Positions 1 through 9,698 of a DNA stretch of 64,000 nt are shown here, one piece after another (within the stretch, counting starts at the first letter, position 1; each line of letters starts with the position of its first letter). The position numbers were made by a program, and so were the translations under genes. Origin of the DNA: Sandaracinaceae bacterium (lineage in GTDB: Bacteria; Myxococcota_A; Polyangia; Polyangiales; Sandaracinaceae); the NCBI GenBank assembly GCA_044220955.1, contig JBGAQA010000031.1:1-64000 (forward strand). The letters run 5' to 3'. The notes beneath the pieces are model-generated. The model was not told the origin of the DNA, did not search any database, and was given only the letters and a program-made list of their open reading frames with translations.

Positions 1-1
1 C

Positions 2-1945
2 CCGGGCGGCGGGGGCGCGGGCGCGCCGCGGGGCGCCGGCCCCCCCCCCCCCCGCCGCGAGCGCCGCGCTGCCGTGGTAGCCGGCGAGGTACGCGTCCAT
101 CGTGTCGCCTCGCGCCTCGAGCTGCTCGTGGATCTGCCGCAGCTCGACGCTCGCCTCGCGCGAGCCGCCGCCCGCATGGCCCACGATCGCGCGGTAGAGC
201 GCGGCGACGCGGAAGCGCAGCCCGGCCTCGTCGATGGCCTGCCCCGCGGCGCGCGCGTGCTCCATGTCCTCGGACTCGATCGCGGCGAGCGTCTCCAGCA
301 TGGCGAGCTGGCTCGCGAGGTCCGAGAGGCCCTCGTTCTCCAGCGCCCTCCGCGCGGCCCGCGCTTCCGACGCCGCGCGCTCGTAGCGCTCCTCGAACAT
401 CCAGCTCACGGTCCGCACCCAGGCAGCGCGCGCTCGCTGCCGCGCGCTCGGGCTCGCCGTGGTCTCGAGCGCCTCGGCCGAGAGCGAGCGCGCGCGCTCG
501 CTCTGCCCGCCGAGCGCGGCCACGGTCGCGAGGTGCAGACGCGCGGCGAAGCGCGCGGCGGCGTCGGGAGCCTGCTCGGCGGCGCGCGCGAAGAGAGCCT
601 CGGCGAGGGCGAGATCTCCACGGTGCTGCGCGATCTCTCCCAGGAGCGCGGCGTGGTGGGCCTGCTCCGCCGCGTCGCGGCGCAGGGGGGCGCGCGAGAG
701 CATCCGCTCCGCGTCGGTGATGGACGACGACCGGACGAGCGTGCGGACGGCCACGAGCGTGATCGCGGTGTCGTCGCCGGGGAGCGCGACGCGGAGGCGC
801 TCGAGCGGCTCGAGGAGCAGGTGGTCGGCCCCGACCGCGGCGAGCCCCGAGCGCGCGGCGCAGAGGACGCGCCAGGCCTCGCCGGCGCGGCCGGCGTCGA
901 GCAAGTGGACGATGGCGTCGACCGCGCCGAGCGGCGAGGTCGCCTCGCCGACCGCGAGGCAGATCCCCGCGGCATCGGCGTGGCCCTGGGCGATCTCCCC
1001 CGAGGTGGCTCCCGCGAGTGCCGGCTCCCGCACGAGGTCGTGTACCACCAGTCGCTCGCCGACGACGTCGAGCAGCAGGCGGTCCTCGAGCTCGCGCACG
1101 GCCCGCGCGGCGACCTCGGGCGGCAGGTCGATCCCGCGCAGCGCGCTCGCGGCAGGCCGGCCGCGCGCGACGGCCAGCGCGAGGAGCACGCGGCGCGCGC
1201 CTACCGAGAGCGCTCCGATCGGCGCATCCGATGGACCCTCCTGGCGCGCCCCCGGGACGAGCATCTGGCGCACGTGAAACGGGCTCCCGTGCGTCGTGTG
1301 CATGACCGCCGCGGCGCCGGGCGGCGGCACCTGCAGGCGCTCGGCGAGGGAGCGCGCGAGCTCGACCGCGGAGCCCTCGTCGAGCGGGCCGAGCATCGTC
1401 ACGACGGGGAGCGGGGCTCCGACGGGGAAAGCGATCCGGTGGCGCGAGGCGACGAACAGGCGGCTCCGGCAGACGCGCCGCGCGAGGTGGCCGAGCACCT
1501 CGCCCAGAGCCTCGGCGGGCAGATGGTGCGCGTCGTCGACGAACACGACGTGAGGCCTCGCGTCGAGCGCGTGGCCGAGCGCCTCGAGCTGCGCGTCGAG
1601 GTGTGCGCGATGGGTCGCCTCGCCTCGCGGCTCGCTCGTGGCGCCCGTCGCGGCGAGCAGCTGTGCCAGGACGCGGGCGGTCGTCGCCCCCGGCGCGACG
1701 CCGAGGTGGACGGGGATCGCGGCGTCCCAGGGAGCGCGCGCGCGCAGGGCGCGGACGAGCTCGAGCACGAGCTCGCTCTTGCCGATGCCCGCCACGCCGC
1801 ACACGACGAACAGGATCTCGTCGTCCACGCGCGCCAGGAGCCGCTCGATCTCCGCCTGCCTGCCGACGAAGCCAGCGATGGGGCGCGGGAAGGCCGGCGT
1901 CGCCCTCGCCACCGCCGATCCCGGCCGTCTCGCCCTGCGCGTCAC
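2..1945 (-). CDS. STAND-class P-loop NTPase (AAA_16/NB-ARC-like) with TPR-like helical region; 3' end truncated by the window edge
   Basis: Manual translation from GTG at 1945 gives FVGRQAEIERL, Walker A GVAGIGKS, Walker B VVFVDDAH and a GSP motif, followed by Ala/Leu-rich helical repeats. The frame appears open to the window edge, which would explain its absence from the ORF track. Confidence 0.8.
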   Translation of the reverse strand, partial: MTRRARRPGSAVARATPAFPRPIAGFVGRQAEIERLLARVDDEILFVVCGVAGIGKSELVLELVRALRARAPWDAAIPVHLGVAPGATTARVLAQLLAATGATSEPRGEATHRAHLDAQLEALGHALDARPHVVFVDDAHHLPAEALGEVLGHLARRVCRSRLFVASRHRIAFPVGAPLPVVTMLGPLDEGSAVELARSLAERLQVPPPGAAAVMHTTHGSPFHVRQMLVPGARQEGPSDAPIGALSVGARRVLLALAVARGRPAASALRGIDLPPEVAARAVRELEDRLLLDVVGERLVVHDLVREPALAGATSGEIAQGHADAAGICLAVGEATSPLGAVDAIVHLLDAGRAGEAWRVLCAARSGLAAVGADHLLLEPLERLRVALPGDDTAITLVAVRTLVRSSSITDAERMLSRAPLRRDAAEQAHHAALLGEIAQHRGDLALAEALFARAAEQAPDAAARFAARLHLATVAALGGQSERARSLSAEALETTASPSARQRARAAWVRTVSWMFEERYERAASEARAARRALENEGLSDLASQLAMLETLAAIESEDMEHARAAGQAIDEAGLRFRVAALYRAIVGHAGGGSREASVELRQIHEQLEARGDTMDAYLAGYHGSAALAAGGGGAGAPRRARAPAAR

Positions 1946-1973
1946 GGGCCCGGAGCGTACCCCCGCTCGGCGC

Positions 1974-3065
<1,092 letters not shown>

Positions 3066-3079
3066 GGAGCGGGAGGCTA

Positions 3080-3520
3080 TCACCCGCGGCGCATGTCGAC
3101 GTGAGGGATCCCGTCCTCGTCGTAGCGCGGCGAGATCGTCACGAAGCCCAGCGCGCCGTAGAAGCGCTCGAGGTGCGCCTGCGCGGCGAGCGTGATCGGG
3201 ACGGGCCCCTCGCTGGCCTCGATGGCCGCGATCGTCTCGCGCATGACGCGGAGGCCGAGCGCCTCGCCGCGACGCTCGGGCGCGACGACCACGCGGCCGA
3301 TCGTGACGGTCGGGAAGCGAACGCCCGGCGCGAGCACGCGCGTGTACGCGACGAGCACGCCGCCCTCGCGCAGCAGCAGGTGCCGCGCGCCCCGGTCGAG
3401 GCCGTCCGCGTCGAGGTAGGCGCACGCCTGCTCGACGACGAACACGCGCTGCCGGAGCGCGAGCATGTCGTAGACGTCCGCGCCGGAGAGCGCGTCGAAG
3501 GGGCAGAGGGCGGTGGGCAC
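3080..3520 (-). CDS. elaA: ElaA-like GNAT acetyltransferase
   Basis: LRQRVFVVEQACAYLDADGLD, IGRVVV..RG..LG, AQAHLERFY..LGF, EDGIPHVDM. Confidence 0.85.
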   Translation of the reverse strand: MPTALCPFDALSGADVYDMLALRQRVFVVEQACAYLDADGLDRGARHLLLREGGVLVAYTRVLAPGVRFPTVTIGRVVVAPERRGEALGLRVMRETIAAIEASEGPVPITLAAQAHLERFYGALGFVTISPRYDEDGIPHVDMRRG

Positions 3521-3562
3521 GGGCGCATTGTGCCGGGATGCGGTTCGGGTACAACCGCGCTC

Positions 3563-4138
3563 GTGAACCCGACGCAGCCCCTGCCCGGCACCAACCCGCC
3601 TCCCTTCGGCGGCGACGGGAACCCGATCCAGGGCGGCGGCGGCAACGACCAGTGGCCGATCTACGTCGCGATCGGCTGCGCCCTGCTCGGGCTCTGCTGC
3701 CTCTGCGGCGTCGGTGTCTCGGGCTTGCTCTGGGCACTCTCCCAGAACGGAGGCCTGGGCCTGCACTACACCCGCGTGCACGCGACCGCGACCGTCACGA
3801 GCTACCTCGGCCTGGGCGCCGGCATCGGGCCCGGGACCACCTGCGATCTGCCCATCACGTCCGAGACGCGCGAGGACGGCACGGTCCTGTGCCACGTGAC
3901 CATGACCTGCGCGGGGCAGTCGGTGTACGGCGACGCGCAGGCCGGCTTCTTTCCGTGCCAGTTCTCGACGTCCCCGCCACGCGTGATCGGGCAGGACATC
4001 AACACGTCGATGGTCGACCAGGACGGGGCGTTCGCGATCGACACGACTCAGAACATGGTCACCCTCGCCGACGACTTCATGGGCCGCGCGGGCATGTTCA
4101 CGCTGACCGCGAACATCACGTCCGTCACGGCCGAGTGA
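3563..4138 (+). CDS. Hypothetical membrane-anchored protein with Cys-containing extracytoplasmic beta domain
   Basis: GTG 3563; Pro/Gly N-terminus, hydrophobic segment IYVAIGCALLGLCCLCGVGV, normal protein composition; GTGA overlap with the next gene. Confidence 0.7.
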   Translation: MNPTQPLPGTNPPPFGGDGNPIQGGGGNDQWPIYVAIGCALLGLCCLCGVGVSGLLWALSQNGGLGLHYTRVHATATVTSYLGLGAGIGPGTTCDLPITSETREDGTVLCHVTMTCAGQSVYGDAQAGFFPCQFSTSPPRVIGQDINTSMVDQDGAFAIDTTQNMVTLADDFMGRAGMFTLTANITSVTAE

Positions 4139-4764
4139 AGCGAGCGCTGACGATCCTCCTGCTCCTGTCCGCGTGCGGGTCACCCGCGCGCACGGCGCCT
4201 CCGCCTGCGCCACCAGGGGTGCTGCACCCACCGGCCGACTACCCGAGCGACTTCGCGATCGAGCAGCGCGTGACCGCGACCTTCGGCGCCGACGAGCAGA
4301 GCTTCCGCGCCGTGATCGAGAAGCGCGGCGACGCCCTGGTGATGGTCGCCCTCGGCCCGGCCGGCGCGCGCGCGTTCGTGCTCGCCCAGCACGGGCACGA
4401 CGTGACGTTCGAGTCGCACATGCCGCGCGAGCTGCCCTTCCCACCCGAGTACATGCTGCTCGACGTGCACCGCGCGTGGCTCGTCGCGCTCCCGGGCGCG
4501 CCGCTCGCGGACGGCACGCACGCCGCCGTGATCGACGGCGAGGAGGTCACGGAGATCTGGGCCGACGCCCGCGTCCAGTCGCGCACGTTCCGTCGGCTCG
4601 ACGGAACGCCCCCGGGACTGCTCCGCATCACCTTCGAGGGCGGCCTCGACCCGCGCGTCGACGCGCCGGCGCCCGACCGCGTGGTGCTCGACAACGGCTG
4701 GTTCGGCTACCGGCTCGTCCTGGACCAGCTCGCGCGCCACGCCCTGCCGCCGGCCCCGCCATGA
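4135..4764 (+). CDS. DUF3261-family lipoprotein (ApeN-like)
   Basis: Lipobox LSAC; Q-x-V...VALGPAGARAF, LPFPPEYMLLD, N..FGYRL pattern; coupled to an MMPL exporter. Confidence 0.7.
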   Translation: MKRALTILLLLSACGSPARTAPPPAPPGVLHPPADYPSDFAIEQRVTATFGADEQSFRAVIEKRGDALVMVALGPAGARAFVLAQHGHDVTFESHMPRELPFPPEYMLLDVHRAWLVALPGAPLADGTHAAVIDGEEVTEIWADARVQSRTFRRLDGTPPGLLRITFEGGLDPRVDAPAPDRVVLDNGWFGYRLVLDQLARHALPPAPP

Positions 4765-7121
4765 CGCGCGAGCGGACGATCGCGATCGCCACGCTGGGCG
4801 TCACCGCCGTCCTGGGCTGGCTCTCGTTCGACGGCCTGCGCGTGCGCAACGAGATCGCCGACTTCATGCCCAACACCGAGGAGCGCGAGCTGGCCGACGT
4901 CGCGCGCGAGGTCACGGACTCGGAGCTCTCGCGCACCATCGTGCTCAACGTCGGTCCGGGCGAGGCGTCCGACGTCGCGGCCGCCGCCGGCGAGCTCGAC
5001 GCGGCGCTCGCGCGCGTCCCGGGCGTGGCGTGGACGCGCAGCGGCCCCCCGGAGGGCATCGAGCAGGCGATGTACGAGCTCTACTTCGCTCGCCGCTACG
5101 CGTTCCTCGCGGAGAGCCCGGACGCCGTGGCGGCCGCGCTGAGCGACGAGGCGCTCGCCACGCGCGCGGCGGCGCTGCGCCACGCGCTCACGGGCCCGAT
5201 GGCGATCCTCGTGCGGCGGATCGCGCCGCAGGATCCGCTGCTCGCCTTCCCTTCGCTCCTGCAGCGGGCAGAGGACGCGAACGCCGGCGGTCCCGAGGTG
5301 GTCGACGACCGCTTCGTGACGAGCGAGGACGCCGATCCGCGCGGACGCTGGGGCGTCGTGCTGCTCTCGACCCGCGGCAGCGTGTTCTCGGCCGACGCGC
5401 AGGAGCCCGTCCTGCTCGCCATCGACGCGGCGTTCGCGGGCGTCCGGCAGTCGCACCCCGGGCTGCGGCTCGAGCAGGCGGGCGTCCAGCGCTTCGCGGT
5501 GCGCACCGAGCGCGCCCTGCGGGCCGACACGCAGCGCATCTCCACGCTCTCGACGGTCGGGATCGTGGTGCTCTTCGTCCTGCTCTTCCGCGGGCCGCGC
5601 TACCTCGTCCTCGGAGCGATCCCGCTGGCGGTCGGCACCGTGCTCGCCACCGGGGTGTGCCGGCTGGTGTTCGGCAGCGTGCACGGCATCACGCTCGCGT
5701 TCGGCAGCTCGATGCTCGGCGTGGGGATCGACTTCGTCGCGCACTACGCGAACCACCACGTGCTGCACCCCGAGGGCACGCCCGAGCAGACGATGAAGAA
5801 GCTCTGGCCGGGGCTGGCGCTCGGCGCCTCGACGACCATCGCCGGGCTCTTCGGGCTCGGGTGGACGTCGTTCCCCGGCATGCGCGAGCTCGCGCTCTTC
5901 GCGGGGCTCGGCGTGCTCGGCTCGCTCCTCGCGACGCGCTGGCTCGTGCCGCCCTTCGTGCCACCGGACGCCAGGCCGACGCGGCTGCACCGCTGGCTCG
6001 CCGATCGCTGCGAGGCGATCTGGCGCAAGACCAAGGACCGCCGCTCGCTCGCGATCGCGATCCCCGCCGTCGCGCTCTCGGTCTGCGCGCTGGGGCTCAG
6101 CCGGGTGCACTTCCTCGACGATCTGCGCGCGCTCAACCCCGCCGATCCCGCGATGCTCGCCGAAGACCGCGACGTCCGGTCGCGGGTCGCGCAGGGCGAG
6201 GCGGGCCGCTTCGTGATCGCGTACGGAGACGACGACGAGGCGGCGCTCGCGGCGAACGATCGCGCGTACGCCGCGCTGCTCGCGGCGCGCGAGGCCGGCG
6301 AGGTCCGGCGCTTTCGTTCGGCGCACCCGTTCCTTCCGTGCGCGCGAGCGCAGCGCGAGGTGGACGCCGCCGTCCGCGCCCGGGCGGGGCTCGCCGACGC
6401 GACGCTCGTCGCGCTGGAGGCCGCCGGGTTCGTGCGCGCGATGTTCGAGCCCTTCGCGGCGTCGCTCGCCGCGGGGCCGCCCGCGCCCCTGACGTACGAG
6501 GAGGTGGAGGCGAGCCCCGCGGTCGACGTGGTGCGCCCGTACCGCATCCACGCACACGGCCGGGTCGCGTACCTGAGCTTCGTCGAGGGCGTGGTGGATC
6601 CCGGGGCGCTCGCGACGCGCCTCGCGCGCGTCGAGGGCGCGCGCTACTTCGATCAGCGCCGCTTCCTCGAGTCCGCGTATCGGGTGTTCCGCGAGCACAC
6701 GATGCAGCTCGTGCTGGCGGGGCTCGTCGTGGTGCTCGGGCTCTGCTGGCTGCGCTACCGCAGGCTCTCGCTCGCGCTCGCCGCCGTCGGGCCGGCCATC
6801 CTCGCCAGCGCCACGAGCCTGGCGATCGTCAGCCTCGCGGGCCAGCCCTTGAGCCTCATGCACCTCATCGCGTGCATGCTCGTGCTCTCCATGGCCGAGG
6901 ACTACGCCGTGTTCCTGCTCGAGGTCCGAGACGAGGAGGACGCGCCCGGGCTCACGCTCGTCGGCCTCGCGACCGCGTGCGCGACCACGGTGCTCTCGTT
7001 CGGCCTGCTCGCGCTGAGCGAGCACCCGGCCCTCCGAGCGCTGGGCCAGGTCACCTCGATCGGCGTGCTGCTCTCCATGCTCATGGCGCCGCTCGCCTTG
7101 CTGGCGGTGCGCAAGCCCTGA
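4761..7121 (+). CDS. MMPL/RND-superfamily predicted exporter (COG4258, ApeM-like)
   Basis: Two TM clusters with large soluble loops; HGITLAFGSSMLGVGIDF, DPLL, GLALGASTTIAG and TTVLSFGLLALS..PALRALG motifs; ATG 4761. Confidence 0.85.
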   Translation: MTRERTIAIATLGVTAVLGWLSFDGLRVRNEIADFMPNTEERELADVAREVTDSELSRTIVLNVGPGEASDVAAAAGELDAALARVPGVAWTRSGPPEGIEQAMYELYFARRYAFLAESPDAVAAALSDEALATRAAALRHALTGPMAILVRRIAPQDPLLAFPSLLQRAEDANAGGPEVVDDRFVTSEDADPRGRWGVVLLSTRGSVFSADAQEPVLLAIDAAFAGVRQSHPGLRLEQAGVQRFAVRTERALRADTQRISTLSTVGIVVLFVLLFRGPRYLVLGAIPLAVGTVLATGVCRLVFGSVHGITLAFGSSMLGVGIDFVAHYANHHVLHPEGTPEQTMKKLWPGLALGASTTIAGLFGLGWTSFPGMRELALFAGLGVLGSLLATRWLVPPFVPPDARPTRLHRWLADRCEAIWRKTKDRRSLAIAIPAVALSVCALGLSRVHFLDDLRALNPADPAMLAEDRDVRSRVAQGEAGRFVIAYGDDDEAALAANDRAYAALLAAREAGEVRRFRSAHPFLPCARAQREVDAAVRARAGLADATLVALEAAGFVRAMFEPFAASLAAGPPAPLTYEEVEASPAVDVVRPYRIHAHGRVAYLSFVEGVVDPGALATRLARVEGARYFDQRRFLESAYRVFREHTMQLVLAGLVVVLGLCWLRYRRLSLALAAVGPAILASATSLAIVSLAGQPLSLMHLIACMLVLSMAEDYAVFLLEVRDEEDAPGLTLVGLATACATTVLSFGLLALSEHPALRALGQVTSIGVLLSMLMAPLALLAVRKP

Positions 7122-7171
7122 GGGCGGCGAATTCTGGACGCCGCGGCGAGCGGGCCGCGACGATTCGATCC

Positions 7172-7576
7172 ATGAGCACGGACCTCTCGCGTCAGCACCG
7201 CCGCCACACGTTCCGCGCCTCGTGCATCGCCCGCTCCCTCGAGGACGGGCGCCTCGTCGGCGACCGCACCTTCGACGTGTCGTACTCCGGCATGCAGCTC
7301 GCCCGGGTCGGCGAGGTCCGCGTCGGCGAGCGCGTGGAGGTCTCGTTCGAGGTGCCCGGCTCGCGGCTCTGGATGAGCGCGCGCGGGCGCGTCGAGCGCG
7401 TGCTCGAGGGACGGCGCGAGGGCGACGAGGGACCCGCGCTCGGGGTACGGATCGACCGCATGAACGGCTTCGACCGGCTGATGCTCGCCACGATCGCGCG
7501 AGGCCTCCCCGAGATCGCCGGCTCCCGCGGAGGACGGCGCGACTACGCCGAGGCGGTCGCGCGCATCGGCGGCTGA
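7172..7576 (+). CDS. PilZ domain protein (c-di-GMP receptor)
   Basis: RQHRR (RxxxR) and DVSYSG (DxSxxG) motifs. Confidence 0.75.
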   Translation: MSTDLSRQHRRHTFRASCIARSLEDGRLVGDRTFDVSYSGMQLARVGEVRVGERVEVSFEVPGSRLWMSARGRVERVLEGRREGDEGPALGVRIDRMNGFDRLMLATIARGLPEIAGSRGGRRDYAEAVARIGG

Positions 7577-7619
7577 CCTGGCTTGCGCGGCGCCGGATCC
7601 GCGGCACCCTGGCGCCCCC

Positions 7620-8348
7620 ATGTCGTACAGGCTCGCCTCCGCATCGCTCGTCCTGGTCCTCGCGCTCGGCTGTGGCACCCGCATGCGCGTCGTCCGCGAC
7701 GACACGGGCTCCGCCCCGCCGACGGATACCGGGAGCACGATGCCGACCGACGGCGGCACCACGCCGGTGGACATGGGCACCCCGCCGCCGCGCGACTCGG
7801 GAACGACGCCGGTCGATGCGTTCGCCCCTCCCGTCGACGCAGGTCGGGACGCGTTCGTCGTGCCCACCGACGCGGGCGCGGACGCGGGCGCGGACGCGGG
7901 TCGCGACGCCTTCGTCGCCCCGACCGACATGGGCACCGGCAGCTGCACCCCGCTCCCGACGACCTCGCCGCTGGTCGTCACGGGCTCGGTCGCCGCCGGC
8001 GCGACCTACAACCGCCCGCAGACGATGTGCGGCGGGCCCTCGGCCGTCGGCACGAGCGTCTACTACGCGACGCACGTGCTCTGCAGCGGCGGCGCCTCGC
8101 GCGCCTACTCGTTCGCGCTCGACGCGGCGGCCTCGGGCGGCCTCGGCGATCCCTTCGTCATCGTGTACACGGGCACCGGCGACGTCGCGACGCTCGCGTG
8201 TCTCACCTCGGACGACGACAGCGGCACGGGCGGCGGCAACGCTCTCGCGACCGGAACGGTCCCCGCGAGCACGACGATCACCGTCGTCGCGACCGACTTC
8301 AACAACGCGTCCACGGGCGACTACACCCTGACGATCACGCCCATGTGA
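7620..8348 (+). CDS. Lipoprotein with DAG-rich linker and C-terminal PPC-like beta domain
   Basis: Lipobox ALGC; DAG/PTD repeats; DPFVIVY...SDDDSG...GDYTLTI. Confidence 0.7.
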   Translation: MSYRLASASLVLVLALGCGTRMRVVRDDTGSAPPTDTGSTMPTDGGTTPVDMGTPPPRDSGTTPVDAFAPPVDAGRDAFVVPTDAGADAGADAGRDAFVAPTDMGTGSCTPLPTTSPLVVTGSVAAGATYNRPQTMCGGPSAVGTSVYYATHVLCSGGASRAYSFALDAAASGGLGDPFVIVYTGTGDVATLACLTSDDDSGTGGGNALATGTVPASTTITVVATDFNNASTGDYTLTITPM

Positions 8349-8400
8349 GACGCATCCGTCTCCGCCGGTGCGTCGAGGGGCCCGCCCCTGAAGAGCTAAT

Positions 8401-9528
8401 TTAGTACTCGACGCGGAAGAGCTGCTGCCCGAGCAGGAGCATCGAGCCGGGCGGCACCGTCGTCGGTCCGCCGAGGCGCGTGAACGTGCCGTTCGAGCTC
8501 CCGACGTCGGTGATCATCATGCGCCCGCCCTCCTCGTGGAGGCGGCAGTGCAGACCGGAGACGTAGCCGTCGTCGGGGAAGAGGATGTCGCCGCGCTCGC
8601 GGCCGAGGTGGAGCCCGCCCTGCGGGATCGCATAGCAGTTGCCGTTCGTCTCGCGCCCGATGATCAGGCAGATGCGGCCCAGATAGCCCGGGCTCGGGCT
8701 GCCCATCAGCTCGACACCGTCCTTCGTCGGCTGCGTGTGGAGCCGCTCGAAGCGGATGATCTCCTGGCCGATGCGGAAGATCGAGCGATCCTTCAGCTCG
8801 GTGGGCGTGTCGGCCGCGATGCGCATGTACACGCCGTTCAGGCTGCTCTCGTCCTGGACCACGAGACCCTGCGGACCGAACGTGAACGTGGCGTGGCGCG
8901 GCGAGAGGTAGGAGTCGCTCGCGAAGAGGCCCCCGGCCTCGCGGCCGATCAGGGTGCGCTCTTGCAGCGCGAACGAGTCACCCTCCGAGCCGTCGGCACG
9001 GATGAGCACCAGCGTCCCGCGCTGCACACCGCCCGTGGGGGCGGGCGCCGGCGCGGGCGCCGCAGCCGGCATCGCCGGAACGGACGCGTTCAGAGGCGCG
9101 CCGCACGTGCCGCAGAACTTGAAGTTGCGCTGGTTCGAGTTGCCGCAATTCGTGCACTTGACGAGATCCCCACCGGCGGCGGGCGCGGGCATCGGAGCCG
9201 GGGCGGCCATCGGAGCCGGCGCGGGCATCGGAGCCGGGGCGGGCATCGGAGCCATCGGAGCCGGCGGCGAGCCCATCGGCGAGCCGAACGCGGACTGCGG
9301 CGGCGCGCCGAAGCCTTGCTGCTGCGGAGGCGGCCCACCGAACCCGCCACCCATCGGCGCAGGCGCGCCGAAGCCCGCCTGGGGCGCCGCAGGGATCCCG
9401 GCCGGCGGCGTCGGAGCCGTGAAGCTCTTGGGCGCGTGAGCCGCATCGCGAGGGAGCTCGGCTCCGCACCCGAGGCAGAACCGGTAGCGATCTTGGTTCT
9501 CCTTGCTGCAATGGGGGCAGACGATCAC
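8401..9528 (-). CDS. Double zinc-ribbon, tandem FHA domain protein
   Basis: CPHC..FCLGCG and CTNC..FCGTCG ribbons, Pro/Ala/Met linker, two FHA domains (IGR..LSPRHA..SLNGV; LGR..VSGLHC..SSNGT); GTG 9528. Confidence 0.9.
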   Translation of the reverse strand: MIVCPHCSKENQDRYRFCLGCGAELPRDAAHAPKSFTAPTPPAGIPAAPQAGFGAPAPMGGGFGGPPPQQQGFGAPPQSAFGSPMGSPPAPMAPMPAPAPMPAPAPMAAPAPMPAPAAGGDLVKCTNCGNSNQRNFKFCGTCGAPLNASVPAMPAAAPAPAPAPTGGVQRGTLVLIRADGSEGDSFALQERTLIGREAGGLFASDSYLSPRHATFTFGPQGLVVQDESSLNGVYMRIAADTPTELKDRSIFRIGQEIIRFERLHTQPTKDGVELMGSPSPGYLGRICLIIGRETNGNCYAIPQGGLHLGRERGDILFPDDGYVSGLHCRLHEEGGRMMITDVGSSNGTFTRLGGPTTVPPGSMLLLGQQLFRVEY

Positions 9529-9698
9529 CGGGGGCTCCTTGTGCTTGCCACGAAAGCGTCGAGCGGATGGCGCGCGGGGAGGCCGGAGAGCCCCCACCGC
9601 GGCGCGACGATACTCGTGCCCCGCGCGCGGGGTCAAGACATGGGTCGTCGCGCTTCCTTTCCCGGGCCGCAGGCATCTCCTACACTCCCATCTCCCCG

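Noticed and set aside
1..59. Pure G/C stretch with a long C homopolymer at the window start
   Set aside because: Looks like low-quality contig-end sequence; no biological feature can be supported.
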